A stretch of 63,615 nucleotides of DNA, counting the filler, from Lenisia limosa (Eukaryota; Protista; Breviatea): the NCBI GenBank assembly GCA_001655205.1. It is 7 parts of 7 records of this genome, joined end to end, with 100 filler letters (N's around TTAATTAATTAA, not from the genome) between each part and the next. Parts side by side here need not be neighbours in the genome. Positions count along the whole stretch, not along the records: positions 27,185 to 42,353 come from LPNZ01001388.1; positions 42,454 to 45,347 come from LPNZ01009945.1; positions 45,448 to 51,795 come from LPNZ01009724.1; 4 more parts are not named here. One strand, written 5' to 3'. The notes below the pieces were generated by a model. The model saw nothing but the letters and a program-made list of their open reading frames with translations, was not told the DNA's origin and ran no database searches. The stretch's first letter is position 1, and each line of letters starts with the position of its first letter. Below, in pieces: positions 39,101 through 50,749 of this stretch. A program made the position numbers and the translations under genes.

Positions 39101-42100
39101 CGTCAAGGAGGACGTGGACGGTGTACGTGGCGGCGGTGGTGATGTTGATAGCAGCCGAGTTGGGGACGGACACAGTGACAGAGGCTCCGTCACGGACCTC
39201 GACAGTGACCACAGGGTATGACGGGTGATCCAGGCTGACAACGTTGTTCAAAACGTCATGTACAACAGCATGGACGGACACTTCTGAGCCGGCAGTGACG
39301 GTTGGATTGTTCCAGGCCGACCCAGACGCAGTTGTGGTGCCGGCATTGGCTGAGCCACTTTCGATAACGAGGGGGGCCACTCCAGCCGAAACATGGGCAA
39401 CGCGAACATCGACTTGGTAGGTGGCTATGTTTTTGAGGGTGAAGCTTGTTCCGGAGAGCGTGTAGACAACCAGGGCTGTGAAGGGGTCCGTGACTCTGAC
39501 AACCACATTGGGGTAGTCGCCTCGGCCTGATGGAATCGTGTTGGCGTAAGCGTCTAGCGCCACGGCCTCCACACTCACGCCGACACCGGCGACGGCACTG
39601 CTGTTCCAACCCGATCCGGAGATAAGGGCTGAGCCAGGCACAGGAGAGGCGGCAATGACAACAAGGGGTTCTGTGGTGACATTGGTAGCAGCAACAAACA
39701 CAGTAATGGAGTACATGCCGGCGGCGGTGAGGGCGAAGTCGGCGGCACTAGCGGGAGCGGCTACTTCGCCGCCGCCATCGTTCTTGACAAAGACGCTGAC
39801 GACGGGGTAATCGCCGCGGCTCGAAGGGACGGCGTTCCAGTAAGCGTCACAGGGCAAAACAGTGACCGCTCCAGTGAAGCCAGCGTAGACAACAGATCCC
39901 CAGAGCGAGCCGGAAACAACGGTGAAGGCTGGGTCAGGGCTGGCAGGCTCGACAACTAGGACCTTGCTCCCTGCAGCTCCTGAGGCCACAAAGACGTGGA
40001 CGGTATACGATACGGCACTGCTGAGGGCAAAGATTTGTCCAGAGGCAAAGGTGGCGAAGACGGAGCCATCAGGAGACACAACAAGGACTTCGACCGTGGG
40101 GTAGTCGTCTCGGTCACTGGGTATTATGTTGCCCTGGTTGTCAAGGGCGTTGACAGTGACCGAAACGTTGGAGCCTGCTGCAACAGTGTTATCCCATCCG
40201 GAGCCGGAAATTGAGGCTAAGCCTGACCCTGGCGTGTGTGGGATAATAGTTAGTGAAGCCTGTGTGGAAAGCACGGCATCTAGAAGGATGCGTATGGTGT
40301 AGTTGCCTTCTTGGGCAAGGGCAAACGAGGAGGTAGTCGCGGAGAAGCTGTGCAAGGTGGTGTTGCTACTGTCTACAACTTCGACAGTGATGGTTGGATA
40401 GTCCAGAGGGAGGACGGGGTTATTGAACTGGTCTCTTACGATGACGGTAACCGAGCCGGTTGTACCTGCAGCAAGGGTTCTGCCCCATGCAGTACCCGAG
40501 ACTCGAGTGGACGAGAGGTCCATTGCAGCTGGTGTGACAATGAGCGACTTGCTCTCCACCAGGCCTGAGGCACTGAAAACTTGGACGGTGTAGGCGGCCG
40601 AGAGCTCCAGTGAAAACACTTCCGCACTGACAAGAGACATGAACACAGCGCCGTGGGCGTCGAGGACCGTGATCGACCCAGTGGGGCAGTCCGGTCGCTC
40701 CGAGGGAATCAGGTTTCCGAACTGGTCCTTGGGAGCGACTACGACGTTGACCGCCGTACCCGCATTAATGGTGGCGTCCCAACCCGTGCCGGACACGTCA
40801 GCGGCTCCGACGGCTGGCCCGGCGGCAATGAGCGTCAGCGGACTGGAGGATACTGGTGAACCATTAATCCGGATTTCAACGGAATAATCATTTGCTGAGG
40901 TAAGCTGGAAGGGCACACGAGTGGTGATGATGGTGTACGATGAACCACTTTGCATGATGTGGCCAGTAACTGTAGGGTAGTCGCCTCGGATTTCCGGGAC
41001 GAAATTGCCGAAAGAGTCAACAGCCTGGAAGTGCACAAACAGGCTACTGCCTGCCGAAGCAGTGGTGTTCCATCCTGAGCCAGAGGCAAACACAGTTGTA
41101 AGCACGGGGCTGGCGGCAGAGACAGTGAGGACCTTGCTGGACACCAAGATATCCATGGAGTGGACCTGGACGACGAATGATCCCGACCGCGTGATACTAA
41201 ACACTTGGCTAGAATCGGCTGAAAGAACGTAGAAGCCGTCGTCATCTGTGACAGTGACCGAAGTCATTGGGTAGTCGTTGCGTTCACGTGGAATTGCGTT
41301 ACCGAAGCTGTCAATTGCAACTACATCAACTGAGAGGGACTTGCCAGCTTCGGCGCTACTGGACCATCCAGCACCCGAGATCAATGCTGACCCAGGAGTG
41401 GGGTCGGAAGCTACAATGCTAACGAAGTCAGTTGCAACAGTTACGCTGTTGAGAAGTGCATTAACAGTGTAGTTCGCGGCTACAGTTAAGGTGAAGTTAC
41501 GGCCACTTTGGTATTCGGAACTTTCGACAGTGAAAGACGCTGATGGATAGTCGGATTGAGATGTTAAGAGGGCGTTATCGAAGACATCGCGCGCCTCAAT
41601 GAAAACATCCACTGCCTCACCGGCTGTTGCACTGGATGCCCAGCCGGAACCATAAACCATGGTGTTGGCAGGGCTGAGTCCTGAGGGAAGCACGGTAAGA
41701 GTGGCGGAAGAGCCTTCAACACCAGCAGCGCGAAGGGTGGCAGAATACTCGTCTGAAAGCGTGGGAGTGAAGACTGCGTTAGAAGCCACGACTCCGAATA
41801 CAACGCCTGATGAGTACTTGATAACAATGTCAACTTCGGGGTAGTCGGACCGAGCAAGAGGAATAATGTTGTAAAGACTGTCAGTGGCAAGGGCTTCAAT
41901 GCTGACACCTGTACCTGCAATACTAGTGGTGTTCCAACCACTCCCACTGGCAACAGCTTTACCAGATTGAGGCAATCCAGGAATAACGTCCAAAACACCA
42001 GTAGCCGACGTGACGGAATCGACAACAACTCGCACCTCAAAAGTTCCAATATAAGGAGCCTTGAAAGATTCTGAGGAATTCAACTCCAGTAATACATTGC

Positions 42101-42353
42101 TTGGGGGCTCAACGATTTGGATAACAACCAGAGGCCACGCATCAGCAGGAATCAAGTTGGAATGTTCATCACGAATGATAGCATTGACCGACAAGGTAGC
42201 ATCGGCAAACGCGTTTGTGTCCCATCCCGAACCGTAGGCATCCGTTTGACCAAGATCAAGAGGAGCTGCCAGAACAGTAATCACGCTTAAACACTCCGTG
42301 CCGCCAAGGCTCAGGCCAAGGCTGCGAACGTCAAACTGGTAGTCTCCGGCGGT
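27185..42353 (-). CDS. Giant cell-surface receptor/adhesin-like protein (partial at both ends): tandem Ig/filamin-like repeats, Cys-rich EGF/TNFR-like region, about 7 TM helices, acidic cytoplasmic tail
   Basis: Open frame from the scaffold edge at 42353. The 2498-aa and 1022-aa ORFs are separated only by a mis-sized gap at 34937-35053. Filamin-like units (FTIYLVDEYGN, AYDAYGN) are followed by CVLCPRDSYQ...CEKCPEGGVC...PQPGYW...CQEGYTGNICGACIDGYYRLGDACAKC, then TM exons with DADPSINCY, YNHQWRMWESCILMRK and RPFTQRIVNQLE. Confidence 0.85.
33250..42300 (-). repeat. Array of about 31 diverged ~97-aa (~290 bp) repeats, consensus P.PGSA.ISGSGW....AG..VSV.V...D.YGN.IP..R.DYP.V.V
   Basis: Counted SG-x-(G/A)-W-type anchors: 25 in ORF 34788-42284 and 6 in ORF 31823-34891. 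Confidence 0.9.
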
Positions 42354-42453
42354 NNNNNNNNNNNNNNNNNNNNNNNNNNNNNNNNNNNNNNNNNNNNTTA
42401 ATTAATTAANNNNNNNNNNNNNNNNNNNNNNNNNNNNNNNNNNNNNNNNNNNN
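42354..42453. other. Artificial scaffold-joining linker
   Basis: 44 N + TTAATTAATTAA + 44 N. Confidence 0.95.
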
Positions 42454-42748
42454 CTTCGGTTCGGAAAATACTGGTAAAAATCGATAATTTTACGAAGATT
42501 TATCGAGAAATTGAGTCTTTTTTGGAAGCGAAGTGAAGCCCAAGGTATAGTAGAAGGAGAGTTGAGTCCAAATTTCCATTTTTACCCCCAGGCAGTACAT
42601 ATACACATATGATATACATATCATATATTATTTTCAAGTTTACTAGCTTTGTTTGTTGTTGTTTTCAATGCTCGTGTGTTGCTAGCCAACAGAGTTGATT
42701 TTGGGTTCTCTTGTTTCATAAATTTCCATTTCTATTTATCGCCGCCAG

Positions 42749-44444
42749 GATATGGCCGAGTATTTCGTGAGTGCCGCGCGATGTAGTGATGAGTACGGGG
42801 AGTTTCGTGCCGATTACAGGCTTTTTTTTGTGTCATACTCATTACAGGGTTTTANNNNNNNNNNNNNNNNNNNNNNNNNNNNNNNNNNNNNNNNNNNNNN
42901 NNNNNNNNNNNNNNNNNNNNNNNNNNNNNNNNNNNNNNNNNNNNNNNNNNNNNNNNNNNNNNNNNNNNNNNNNNNNNNNNNNNNNNNNNNNNNNNNNNNN
43001 NNNNNNNNNNNNNNNNNNNNNNNNNNNNCCCCGACCTCATTATTATCCCTTTTGTTTTCATAAAATTTATAATTACTCCCCATACTCATTATTACCACCA
43101 GGATCACCCGAAGCACAATCAGAACAGGGGGGAACGCAACGTTCCACTTTGCCCGAGCAAACATCTTCAGTAACCTCCTGCCGGAACTGAGACCTTGTGG
43201 CCAGCCGTGGGGGGGGGGGGGAGNNNNNNNNNNNNNNNNNNNNNNNNNNNNNNNNNNNNNNNNNNNNNNNNNNNNNNNNNNNNNNNNNNNNNNNNNNNNN
43301 NNNNNNNNNNNNNNNNNNNNNNNNNNNNNNNNNNNNNNNNNNNNNNNNNNNNNNNNNNNNNNNNNNNNNNNNNNNNNNNNNNNNNNNNNNNNNNNNNNNN
43401 NNNNNNNNNNNNNNNNNNNNNNNNNNNNNNNNNNNNNNNNNNNNNNNNNNNNNNNNNNNNNNNNNNNNNNNCTTTCATAAATTTTCCAATTCCTCCCCCT
43501 CCCCCAGATGGAAGCTTTACGTGGCTAATACGGTAGACAACAGTGAGCCGATTTACTTTACATTGAAGAAAATCGAAAGGTGAGTGAACAATGTGTTTTA
43601 TTTTTGCTGCTTCTTTAGCAAACAGAGTTATTATAGAGTTGGTTGGTTTGTTCTCTAATATTTCCATTTTTATACTCCCATCCTACCGTGTGTGTGTGTG
43701 TTCGTTCGGATTTTCAAATTTTTCGATTCCTACCTAGTACCTTTACCCTAATATTCTTCAACGAAATTTCCTTGGCTCTGTACGTTGGAGTGATGGGATG
43801 CGGTGCTGCAGAAGCGACNNNNNNNNNNNNNNNNNNNNNNNNNNNNNNNNNNNNNNNNNNNNNNNNNNNNNNNNNNNNNNNNNNNNNNNNNNNNNNNNNN
43901 NNNNNNNNNNCCCTCCATAAAACAATTACCACCATCCACAGACTAAGCTGTTTTTTTTTTAACTTACTCAAATGTTAAATAAAATACTTGACCACCCACC
44001 ACCACCCCAGATACTTTTGGGCTTTTTTGTGTTTCATTAACTCTAGGATGCATGAGCCGATAAATGCTCTCACGCTACCACGCTACCAGAACTATGTGCC
44101 TCAGGTCAGGGGTGTGACAGGGAGGGGTGCATCATCATCATCATTATTATTATCCTTCATCACTTAACTTCATCATTATCAACACCATCATTATCAAAAC
44201 CACCATACGCTGGAGTGATGGGATGCGGTGCTGCAGAAGCGCCTGGGCTTTATTTGTTTTGTTGCTATCAACCCTTGTGTGTTGTCAGCCAACAGAGTTG
44301 ATTTGGTGTTTTTTTTTTTGTTTCATAACTTTTCCAATATTACTCCCCCCTCCCCCTCCAGGATACCGAAATGACGCCAATCAGGAGAATACGGGCAAAT
44401 TCCGCCTTCCACTTCAACGTGTTGAGCTTTGTGAGAGGGTCAAG
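42749..44444 (+). CDS. Fragments of an unidentified gene: small exons within repeat-rich introns
   Basis: Candidate exons after C-rich acceptors at 42749, 43102, 43508 (WKLYVANTVDNSEPIYFTLKKIER|gtgagt) and 44362 (YRNDANQENTGKFRLPLQRVELCERVK|gtagta). No family recognised. Confidence 0.4.
44213..44361 (+). repeat. Dispersed repeat B: intron 3'-end module (GATGCGGTGCTGCAGAAGCG...CAGCCAACAGAGTTGATTTGG-Tn-GTTTCATAA...CCCCCAG)
   Basis: Related full or partial copies at about 42645-42748, 43050-43101, 43472-43507, 43790-43817, 48695-48749 (+) and 63174-63365 (-). Confidence 0.8.
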
Positions 44445-44754
44445 GTAGTAGTATTTACACTACGCCTAGTGCTTCACTGCGGTCCAGCCCCATCTTCATT
44501 GTTTTTATCGTTTCATTTCTCTTTTTCTTTTATAATATTCGTTCTGACACTTGAAAACAAAACTGATTTCGTAGGAAACCGCACGAACTCAAACCATCGC
44601 GTTCAGGTCTCCACTATTTAATAAACGTGAAGGGGCAGGGACATTAATAAACGTGAAGAGACAGGGCATTTATTATTGTATAATAAACGTGGGGATGGGG
44701 GTGATACTATTTAATAAACGTGAGTTCTGATCACAGATCACCTGGAGCTAGCGC

Positions 44755-44842
44755 TTCACTTCGGTTCGAAAAAGATCGGTAAAATATCGATAGGTTTCGA
44801 GGATTTATCGAGAAAATCAGTCTTTTTTTGAACCGAAGTGAA
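44755..44842. repeat. Dispersed repeat A: 88-bp imperfect hairpin, TTCACTTCGGTTC...GAACCGAAGTGAA
   Basis: 13-bp perfect terminal inverted repeat that continues imperfectly inward. Related copies at 42454-42537 and about 49611-49674. Confidence 0.8.
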
Positions 44843-45273
44843 ACCCTACCTCTAGCGTAATAGGCTCATAATTAACCTCCTCAGATCATAGATCACTCGA
44901 ACTGCGGTGCGGCGTCTCGACTGAAATCGAGCCTTATGAGCTTATGAACCCCCCACTCCAGCCGTTCACTCGGTCGTACTCGCTGTTTGGCGCGCTTTAT
45001 GCACAAGAAATCGAGAGTTTGGGGGGATTAAGTCGGCTTTGTATTTGTGGAATCTGGTTTTAGTCTAGTTTTTACGTGTTGTTGCTTGTTTTTGTTTTGT
45101 TGCTTGTTTTGGTTTTGGTTTTGTTTTGTTTTGTTTTGTTTTTTGCTTGGAGTTTTTGATGATTCGGTTCGCGATTAGATAATATTCTTCAGTCGAAAAT
45201 TTCTTTTGTTTTCCTTTTCATCGAAATTTCCTTTGTTTTACCCGCGGTGGTGGGACACTTCAAAGGCTGGTTC

Positions 45274-45347
45274 GGGCTTGTTTTTATTTTTGTCATCTGG
45301 TTTTTGTCTAGTTTTAGCGTTGGTTGCTCGTGTTTGTTATTGCTTGT
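45274..45347 (+). repeat. Dispersed repeat C (TTTGTCATCTGG..TTTGTCTAGTTTTAGCGTTGGTTGCTC.TGTTTGT.ATTGCTTGT)
   Basis: Near-identical inverted copy at about 51361-51445; degenerate copy at about 45050-45100. Confidence 0.8.
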
Positions 45348-45447
45348 NNNNNNNNNNNNNNNNNNNNNNNNNNNNNNNNNNNNNNNNNNNNTTAATTAAT
45401 TAANNNNNNNNNNNNNNNNNNNNNNNNNNNNNNNNNNNNNNNNNNNN
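45348..45447. other. Artificial scaffold-joining linker
   Basis: 44 N + TTAATTAATTAA + 44 N. Confidence 0.95.
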
Positions 45448-47061
45448 CGTTTTTCATGTTTTTGGGGGTTATTCCTCCTTTTTTGTATTTACTGTTCTTT
45501 ATTGCTGGTAAATAACCCCAAGAAGCACCAATACTAAATTGCAACATCCTATTTGGACAAAGTAGCAGAAAATCATCAATCAATGTCACTATTTTACAAC
45601 ATATTAACACAGAAACTACCAATACTACTTTTTGCGCGGTTTTTTTGAGGCTTTTGGAGCTTCGTTCCTTTTATTTTTTGCGTTCAGGTTTTCAGACAAC
45701 TTGTTCAGACCATACAGGTGGCTTGATTTATAAAGGCGCCTGTTTTAGTCGATATTTTTGAATTTCTCACAGGTTTTACCTTCAATTCGTCAATATTAGC
45801 AACGACCTAAGAAATAAGATACACGGACGTAATAACAGTTTATAAAAGCAATCGCTCACCTGGCCCTTCTCCAGCCACTGCCCTTTGTCCCGGCTTGATT
45901 CGGACAAAGGAAAGTGGGTCTTTGACGACATCTGTTATAGCACCACAAGAAATAACCTGGGTAGATATTTCCAATATTTCAGATGATACTTCCTCTTCGA
46001 GACCTGAGGAAACAGCTTGTGATATCAGTGGTAAATCTCCAATTATACCTGGATGTCTTCGAGACAGAGCCACAAAAACAGACACGGCCCCTTTGATACA
46101 TTCTGAGTGTTCTTCTTCTGTGTGTTGGAAAAACCAAGAAAGATGAAAGTCGATATCGATATGGAGAATCCGGTGGTAAATTCAAATAATCAGTGGCTGC
46201 AATGTCAACATAGGTTTCAATCTCTTCTGGGGAGAGAGGTATTCCTTCCAATTACCGCTCTCTACATCCATTTCCCTGAGCTTGTCTTCATAAAAGTTGG
46301 ACGTGTGGTCTTCCTCTCTAAACGGGTAAAAAACGGCCTAAACAGAGCCAATATTAAAGCCATATTACAGAAATTAGACGAGTGGTAAAAAACACACATC
46401 CAAGCTATTCGCTATGGCTTATTTTTATTGGGTAAATTTCTATAATGATATATTAAACCAAAAGTGAAGGGGGCGTGGTTTGAAAAGCCACGGGGGGGGA
46501 GACAATTAAATAGGAGCCCCGGAACCCGGGTAAAAATAAATATGCTTCCCCGCATTGCGCTATATGGCTTATTTTTTATAGGGTAAATTTCTGCAGTAAT
46601 ATATTAAGCAACAAATGAGAGNNNNNNNNNNGTATATTGTCCACAATCAATGTTCTAACTATACACAACTCATACCTTTTGTTTTCCGTTGTTGAGAGCC
46701 AGTAATTCCATTATTGATAAAATGACCAAATCCAAATAAAAGGAAGGGAAAACAAAAAATTATAGCTGAAATACCCCCGGGTAGATTTCAGACGTACCCG
46801 GGTAAAAAAAAAAAATCTTCAAAAATATGTTTTTGATGGTTCCTTTTCCGAGATTTGCCATTTTTGATGGTTGAGCCAGTCAAAAAAATCTGAATAATGA
46901 ATACAATCACCATCTCTTGGACTGTTTCTTTCTTTCTTATGATTTCAGCATAAAAGTCCACTTATTTATTTTGTAAAATGGCACTGGCTTTGGCTATAAT
47001 TAATAATACATGGTTGTTCAACCGAAAAAAGGAGGAATAACCCCCAAAAACATGAAAAACG
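45448..47061. mobile_element. Putative 1.6-kb DNA transposon or derivative bounded by a perfect 37-bp inverted repeat
   Basis: 45448-45484 CGTTTTTCATGTTTTTGGGGGTTATTCCTCCTTTTTT is the exact reverse complement of 47025-47061. The left copy starts at the scaffold edge, so no TSD can be read; no transposase motif found. Confidence 0.6.
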
Positions 47062-47319
47062 AATTAATGACGGGAAAATGATTTAATGACGGGGTTTATG
47101 GCCGGTAGCATATATATATATAAGTATAAATATCATCGATGTATGATATACTTTTATAATTTATGATACAATGTACTTTCTGATAGGTGACCGGAACAGA
47201 TTTGAGATGAACTACAGTGTTAAAAAGAAAAGGTGATGTAAAACTGTTCTATGATAGAGTAATGTAATTATACAAAAATAATTCACCCCATGCCACCTCC
47301 AAGAATCTCACCCCCGCAG

Positions 47320-50300
47320 GCTTTGCAGTGACATGTCGCACGACGCATGCCACACCCGGGGCTTTCTCTGCTCACACCCGCGACCGCAATAGCGAAACCC
47401 TTATTGCAGAGCAGGTGACCGGGGTGAATAATGGGCTACTATTTATATTATTATCATTGTTTGATTTTTATTATTTTTATTATTTTATTATTTTATTTTA
47501 TTTTTATTATCATTTTTTTATTTTATTTTTTTGAGGGGGGGAGACAAAGCTAGAGCTGATGTTCAACTTTTACTTGCCTCCCTCACGATACATATTTCCA
47601 AATCCCCACACACTCACAACCCTCCCAGCAAGTGACAAAAACCCAGCCGGATCTGATGTTCGGTGGAGGAAGAAGGTCATATTGTTCTGATACCGCTGAA
47701 GGCTGCATTAACAACAAGGACTTGCTAAAATCGGTAAGTGGTGATGTGATGATGATGGTGATGATGATGATAGTGGTGGTGGTGATGATGATTGTATGTT
47801 GATGGGGGTGGAGGGGATCGAAACAAATCCTGATAGCCTGAGATTCCATATGCTTAAAATTCACTTATAGATATATTTCAGAATTTGCTAACACATTTCA
47901 AAACATCTTAATTTCACGTTTTGTCATTAATTTCCTCAAAAAATGCTTGCATGGAGCCCACTTAAGTCACCACTCAGTCGACTTACAAAGTTCTCAGTAA
48001 CGCGGCTGATTTGGACGCAGCGTCATCTGACGACTTGCCTCTTATGGGTATGTTTACTTGCGTTTTATGTGTATGGTAACTTGCCTATTAACTCTTCAGG
48101 TCTCTTCCACACCAACCATATGACACTGATGATTGATAGAGAGTCTAATTCTCAGGAGGTATTCTGGTTTATCAAATTACACTGAATTTCTTATTTCGCA
48201 CTTCCTGCGTCTTTTTGGATGGCTTTATGCATTATTTAAACTTCATGAGCGTGGATGTTTAACTAGTTAAACGTTACAATAAGAATGACTTTTCAATGAA
48301 TCAAAGATAAACCTGTGCTTTATTTTGACTGAAGGAATCAAGTAGCGGCTCTTTTTCTTTGCATTTTTGATGGAATCAAAATAGAGCTCGAATATTGCAG
48401 AAGTTACAATCGTGATTTGATTATCTTGACAATAATTCTCCTCAGCCGACACTTTCACAAATGGCCATGCGAGCATTGAGCCTCTTGTCGGATAGTGGTG
48501 AAAGGTGGGGGGGACCTCTGGTATCGTGAGACTCTTTTAAGAAAATTAAGAATGGAAAGAAATGCCAAATACATGCCGTTACCATCTACTATAAATCAAG
48601 ATAACTCCTTTTTCATTCCAAAAAGCCCTAAGAGCGAAAAAGAGTTAAATTGCTCTCGAATTAACACTCACGCACTACCACCTCTCCAATATTTAACCAG
48701 GAGAGTTAATTTTAAGATTTTGTTTCATACATTTTTACCGCTCCCCCAGATTCTTTTTGGAAGTGGAAGCCAGCCAGATTGACATGAGGGAACATGAGCA
48801 TGATGCAGCCGCAGTGGGGGGGGGGGGGNNNNNNNNNNNNNNNNNNNNNNNACTTATGCCATTTCATAAGTTTCTTCTTTTCCAATTTCGTGTTTTTCTT
48901 ATATTATTTTTTTGTTTTTGTTATTTTTTTCTTTCTAAACGCGATATTGTTATCGTTTCACTACTTTGGTTTTTTTTTGAGTCACCCCCAANNNNNNNNN
49001 NNNNNNNNNNNNNNNNNNNNNNNNNNNNNNNNNNNNNNNNNNNNNNNNNNNNNNNNNATGTGTATTATTTGTATTTTTCTTCCTCAACTAAGTGATACAA
49101 TTTACATTCTTTTTCTCAAAAACTCACGCTCAAGGTTCTTGGAGAAGTGGCAGAGTTTCAAAAGACGTGCCAAATGGTTTTTGACTGGGCTGAAAAGGAC
49201 GGCGACACTTTAGTGGGGGAATTATTATACATGAGACAATTAAAATTCAATATCTATTATATGCGTGATTCTGCCAGATACAACCTTTTTCAATTTCTCA
49301 TTGCTCTACGCCACTCCCCTCCCAATTATCCCGAGACAATTTGTGAACCCTCCCAGTCCTTGGCCACATACAACATTGTTTTATTTGAAATCTCTACATA
49401 TTAACCCTCCCAGGTTGTGGTTATAGCCGACCATGCTACCGGTGGTCTTACCCTTGGCGCTGAAGTGGACGAGGAAAGTGAATATCTTTGGAACCCCGAG
49501 GTAGCCAGGGGAGGAGGGGTGATGAAGATAGTGGTGGTTTTGGAAATTGTATTTATGCTTTGATAGCATGTATGAACCAATTGATTGCTTGTTGGAGGGC
49601 TTGAATAATACTGATAAAATGTCGATAATATTCGAGGATTTATGGAGAAATTCTGTTTTTTTTTTGAACCGAAGNNNNNNNNNNNNNNNNNNNNNNNNNN
49701 NNNNNNNNNNNNNNNNNNNNNNNNNNNNNNNNNNNNNNNNNNNNNNNNNNNNNNNNNNNNNNNNNNNNNNNNNNNNNNNNNNACCTTAAACAGACACACA
49801 TATCTAAAGAAACCTAATTCAAACCAATCCGTTTTTCTTTTTGGACTATTTCTAGTACTACTTATGATAAACAAACGCAAAACCCCCGTATTCGATATCT
49901 TGGGTATAGGTATATTATGTACAACAAGCTGTGTGCACAGAGTTGTAAGGCAAATGATTGTGTGAATTATTATTATACTATAATCCACTTTAAATTATTG
50001 AAAACAAACATTACGTGAAGTATTTGTTACCAATGGGATACACGATCATTGATCTTGGTTACATCTAAATGTATATATGATATTTATTTATTTTTTTGGC
50101 TATAAAAGATAAATATATGTGATGACAAGATCATTGTTATGATCTTTATAAAACATTACGTACAGTATTTGCTACCAATGGTTTTCAAGATAATTTGTCT
50201 TTTTTTGGTTATAAATGTCCATGTTTGATATACTAGGTACTTTCAAAAATCACCTCTTCTGGTGAGGTTATGGCGGAGCATCTCTTGGCTAAAAACTCAA

Positions 50301-50711
50301 CTGATCACTTATTCATCAAAGTGGGGAGGGTGTGATTTGTGGTGGGGGTATGATTGTGTGTTAGGAGACTGATCATATGTCTTGGTATTTCTAGAGTAAC
50401 AGGTGTATGGGGGGACTAGGACCCAGTTGGAGTACTATTATTCATCAACATATTACTAGGACTTCCTGTAATTGGGGTATTCATTTTTCAATTGGAAGCG
50501 GGTTGCAACGTATAGAATATTCAAAAATGGAGAGGAGAGAAGATGCATTAGTCTTTATTTGTGTTTTCAATAATCTTTAGTTGTGTTTTCAAATGTCTTT
50601 TTGAGCTAATTCACATTTCAGGCCTACCTGGAGACAACGGGTTTTGATAACGCGACCACTGCCGAACTTGATCGAATTGTCACGGGTCTCATGACTCAGG
50701 ATAAAGTCGAG
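47320..50711 (+). CDS. Alkaline phosphatase (PhoA/Pho8 family), partial: N- and C-terminal exons not on this scaffold
   Basis: Exons GFAVTCRTTHATPGAFSAHTRDRNSETLIAEQ, PDLMFGGGRRSY, LPLMG|LFHTNHMTLMIDRES, FFLEVEASQIDMREHEHDAAA, EFQKTCQMVFDWAEKDGDTLV|VVVIADHATGGLTLG..EYLWNPE, AYLETTGFDNATTAELDRI. The metal ligands of HATP, VE..IDxxxH and ADH are present. Confidence 0.88.
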
Positions 50712-50749
50712 GTTGGTTGTGGCTGAAGCTGGGGGTGGGGGAGTAAAAC

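Noticed and set aside
31925-42049. Many plus-strand and alternate-frame ORFs over the giant gene
   Set aside because: They are shadows of a GC-rich coding strand and have no motifs of their own.
43793-43817. MGCGAAEA as a myristoylated N-terminus
   Set aside because: It is part of dispersed repeat B, and the WDR35 copy reads MVCGATEA inside an intron.
44617-44722. CRISPR-like repeat-spacer pattern (TAATAAACGTG)
   Set aside because: The repeat is only 11 bp and the spacers are irregular and partly similar to each other; kept only as a motif cluster.
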